Sequence record: ON529853.1
Strand: one strand, 5' to 3'
Length of the DNA stretch: 64,000 nt
Positions within the stretch are counted from its first letter, which is position 1, and every line of letters starts with the position of its first letter. The position numbers and the translations under genes are program-made. Positions 62,572 to 64,000 of this stretch are shown here, piece after piece. Under the pieces are notes generated by a model. The model ran no database searches and was not told the DNA's origin. It saw nothing but the letters and a program-made list of their open reading frames with translations.

Positions 62572-62993
62572 GCGGCGGCCTCGAACAGGCGTTTCAAATC
62601 ACGGACCGCGAGGCGCACCCCCCGTCGTGTCCAGACCGGGGTCCCGGCGTGCTCAGCCAGAAGCTGCGTGACCTGAGGGTCCCACGGCGACAGCCCCGCG
62701 TTGAAGGTCCGGAAGAGGTCCCGCTGCGCCTTGAGGAAGGCGGAACCAGGCAGGCCGTATTCCTCGCGCACGAGGCCACACCAGAAATGCATCATCCGCT
62801 GGACGTGTACGAAGTCGGCGCGATAGGCTTTGCGGGGATCGATGCAGCAGCGCCGGCCGTCCCATCCGGTCGCGGCGACCGCCTCACGGAACTCGCGCCG
62901 AAGCCGCGCTTCGGCCGTGACGATCAACTCGCCCTGGAAGGTTTCGACCTGCGCCCGCAGGCGCGCCCAGGTGTCTTCGGAGACGGCGGTCAC
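62568..62993 (-). CDS. hypothetical protein
   Basis: GTGA coupling. Confidence 0.65.
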   Translation of the reverse strand: MTAVSEDTWARLRAQVETFQGELIVTAEARLRREFREAVAATGWDGRRCCIDPRKAYRADFVHVQRMMHFWCGLVREEYGLPGSAFLKAQRDLFRTFNAGLSPWDPQVTQLLAEHAGTPVWTRRGVRLAVRDLKRLFEAAA

Positions 62994-63205
62994 GACGCTA
63001 ACCGGACCAGCCAGGCGATTGATCCCGTGACGCCCGCAAGCCCCCCGGCCAACAACACGGTGTAGAGGCCGTAGCGGACCCAAAGCCCGCAATCCCCACG
63101 ACCTTCTCCGCCGAAGCGCAAAACGCCGCCCACGCCCACGCAGACCAAACCCGTGAACAGGAGAATCGCGGCGATGCTGTAGTAAATCACTTCGTTCTGG
63201 GTCAT
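62990..63205 (-). CDS. two-TM membrane protein
   Basis: GGAGG RBS, hydrophobic. Confidence 0.65.
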   Translation of the reverse strand: MTQNEVIYYSIAAILLFTGLVCVGVGGVLRFGGEGRGDCGLWVRYGLYTVLLAGGLAGVTGSIAWLVRLAS

Positions 63206-63495
63206 GCGGTGGCCTCCCGCGCCAGGAACCGCCGCCTCGCCTCTCGCGCCTTCATCCCGCATTCGGTCGTGATGGAGCCGAACGGCTCCCCGTCGCCCTC
63301 CAGGCAGGCGTCCTCGTCGTTGGCGTAGCGGGCCAGGGCTTCGTCAACCAGGGCCAGTTCGGTTTCCAGTGCGGCGATGTGCGCCGCAGCGTCCTTGACG
63401 ACGGCCGGGCCGCGCCACTCGTCGCAGCCCAGTTTGCCGGCCTTGTCCAGGAAGTAGGCGGCGCGGGGTTTGATCAGATCAGGACCCATAGGCAT
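63202..63495 (-). CDS. hypothetical protein
   Basis: Coupled; start uncertain. Confidence 0.6.
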   Translation of the reverse strand: MPMGPDLIKPRAAYFLDKAGKLGCDEWRGPAVVKDAAAHIAALETELALVDEALARYANDEDACLEGDGEPFGSITTECGMKAREARRRFLAREATA

Positions 63496-63964
63496 CGCCC
63501 AGCTTGATCTCCAGATTGGCGTACACGGCCTCGGCGGCGGGCTTGAACCATTCGTGGCCGGGACGGAAGGCGTTGAAGTCGATCTCCGACCCGGTCTCGC
63601 GAGGCTGGAGCGCGGCGTTGTGCCACTCGTTCGGATCGATGCCGGCCTTCCGCGCCAGGGCGAACGAAATGCGGCGGATGGCGGACGAACGATGATCCAT
63701 GGAGCCGTGCTCCAGCGCCGACACCATGACCTCGACCAGATCGACCAGGGCCACAACCACCGCCGGGTCCGCTTCGGCGACGAAGTCGTTCTCTTCGCTG
63801 CCGTCGAAGGTGGCGATCCACCCACCGTCACGGTCCGCCAGATAGCCCGATTCATTGCCGTAGAGCGTGCGGGTGCGTTCGGTATGCTGCCAAGGGGTCG
63901 GCGACAGTTCCTGGGCGTCCTGGGCGGCCGCCCGCAAGCGGCGCAGGCGCGCCCGGTCGATCAC
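63479..63964 (-). CDS. Ead/Ea22-like protein
   Basis: SPTPW...NDFVAEADPAVVVALVD. Confidence 0.65.
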   Translation of the reverse strand: MIDRARLRRLRAAAQDAQELSPTPWQHTERTRTLYGNESGYLADRDGGWIATFDGSEENDFVAEADPAVVVALVDLVEVMVSALEHGSMDHRSSAIRRISFALARKAGIDPNEWHNAALQPRETGSEIDFNAFRPGHEWFKPAAEAVYANLEIKLGDAYGS

Positions 63965-64000
63965 GGTGTCGTCGGGTTTGTCGGCTGCGGGCGCGTAGCC

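Overview
Fragment of a large, GC-rich tailed-phage genome. It most resembles the phiCbK-like jumbo siphophages of Caulobacter/Brevundimonas (inference from the TerS-TerL layout next to a small-gene array and from CtrA boxes; no database search was possible). (1) 1-24 kb: about 45 small minus-strand genes, mostly in one- or two-gene modules. Each module has a near-identical CtrA box (TTAA-N7-TTAA) promoter, usually a GC hairpin and a GTTAACCTTAAC 12-mer. (2) About 5.0-6.4 kb and 24.4-25.8 kb: the same three repeat families in the same order, probably marking the two ends of a ~19.5 kb terminal repeat. (3) 26-33 kb: intein-containing large terminase, small terminase and a RuvC-like resolvase. 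(4) 33-36.6 kb: AT-rich iteron-like repeats, a winged-helix-like gene, covarying GNA-loop hairpin elements and a cluster of candidate sRNAs. (5) 36.6-64 kb: accessory genes (cold-shock-like OB folds, ATP-grasp, Lar-like, NUDIX, TerS-like paralogue, HD hydrolase, CoiA-like, Ea22-like), tRNA-Arg(UCU) and a tRNA-like ncRNA candidate. All coordinates and counts were read by eye; protein family calls are from motif recognition only.
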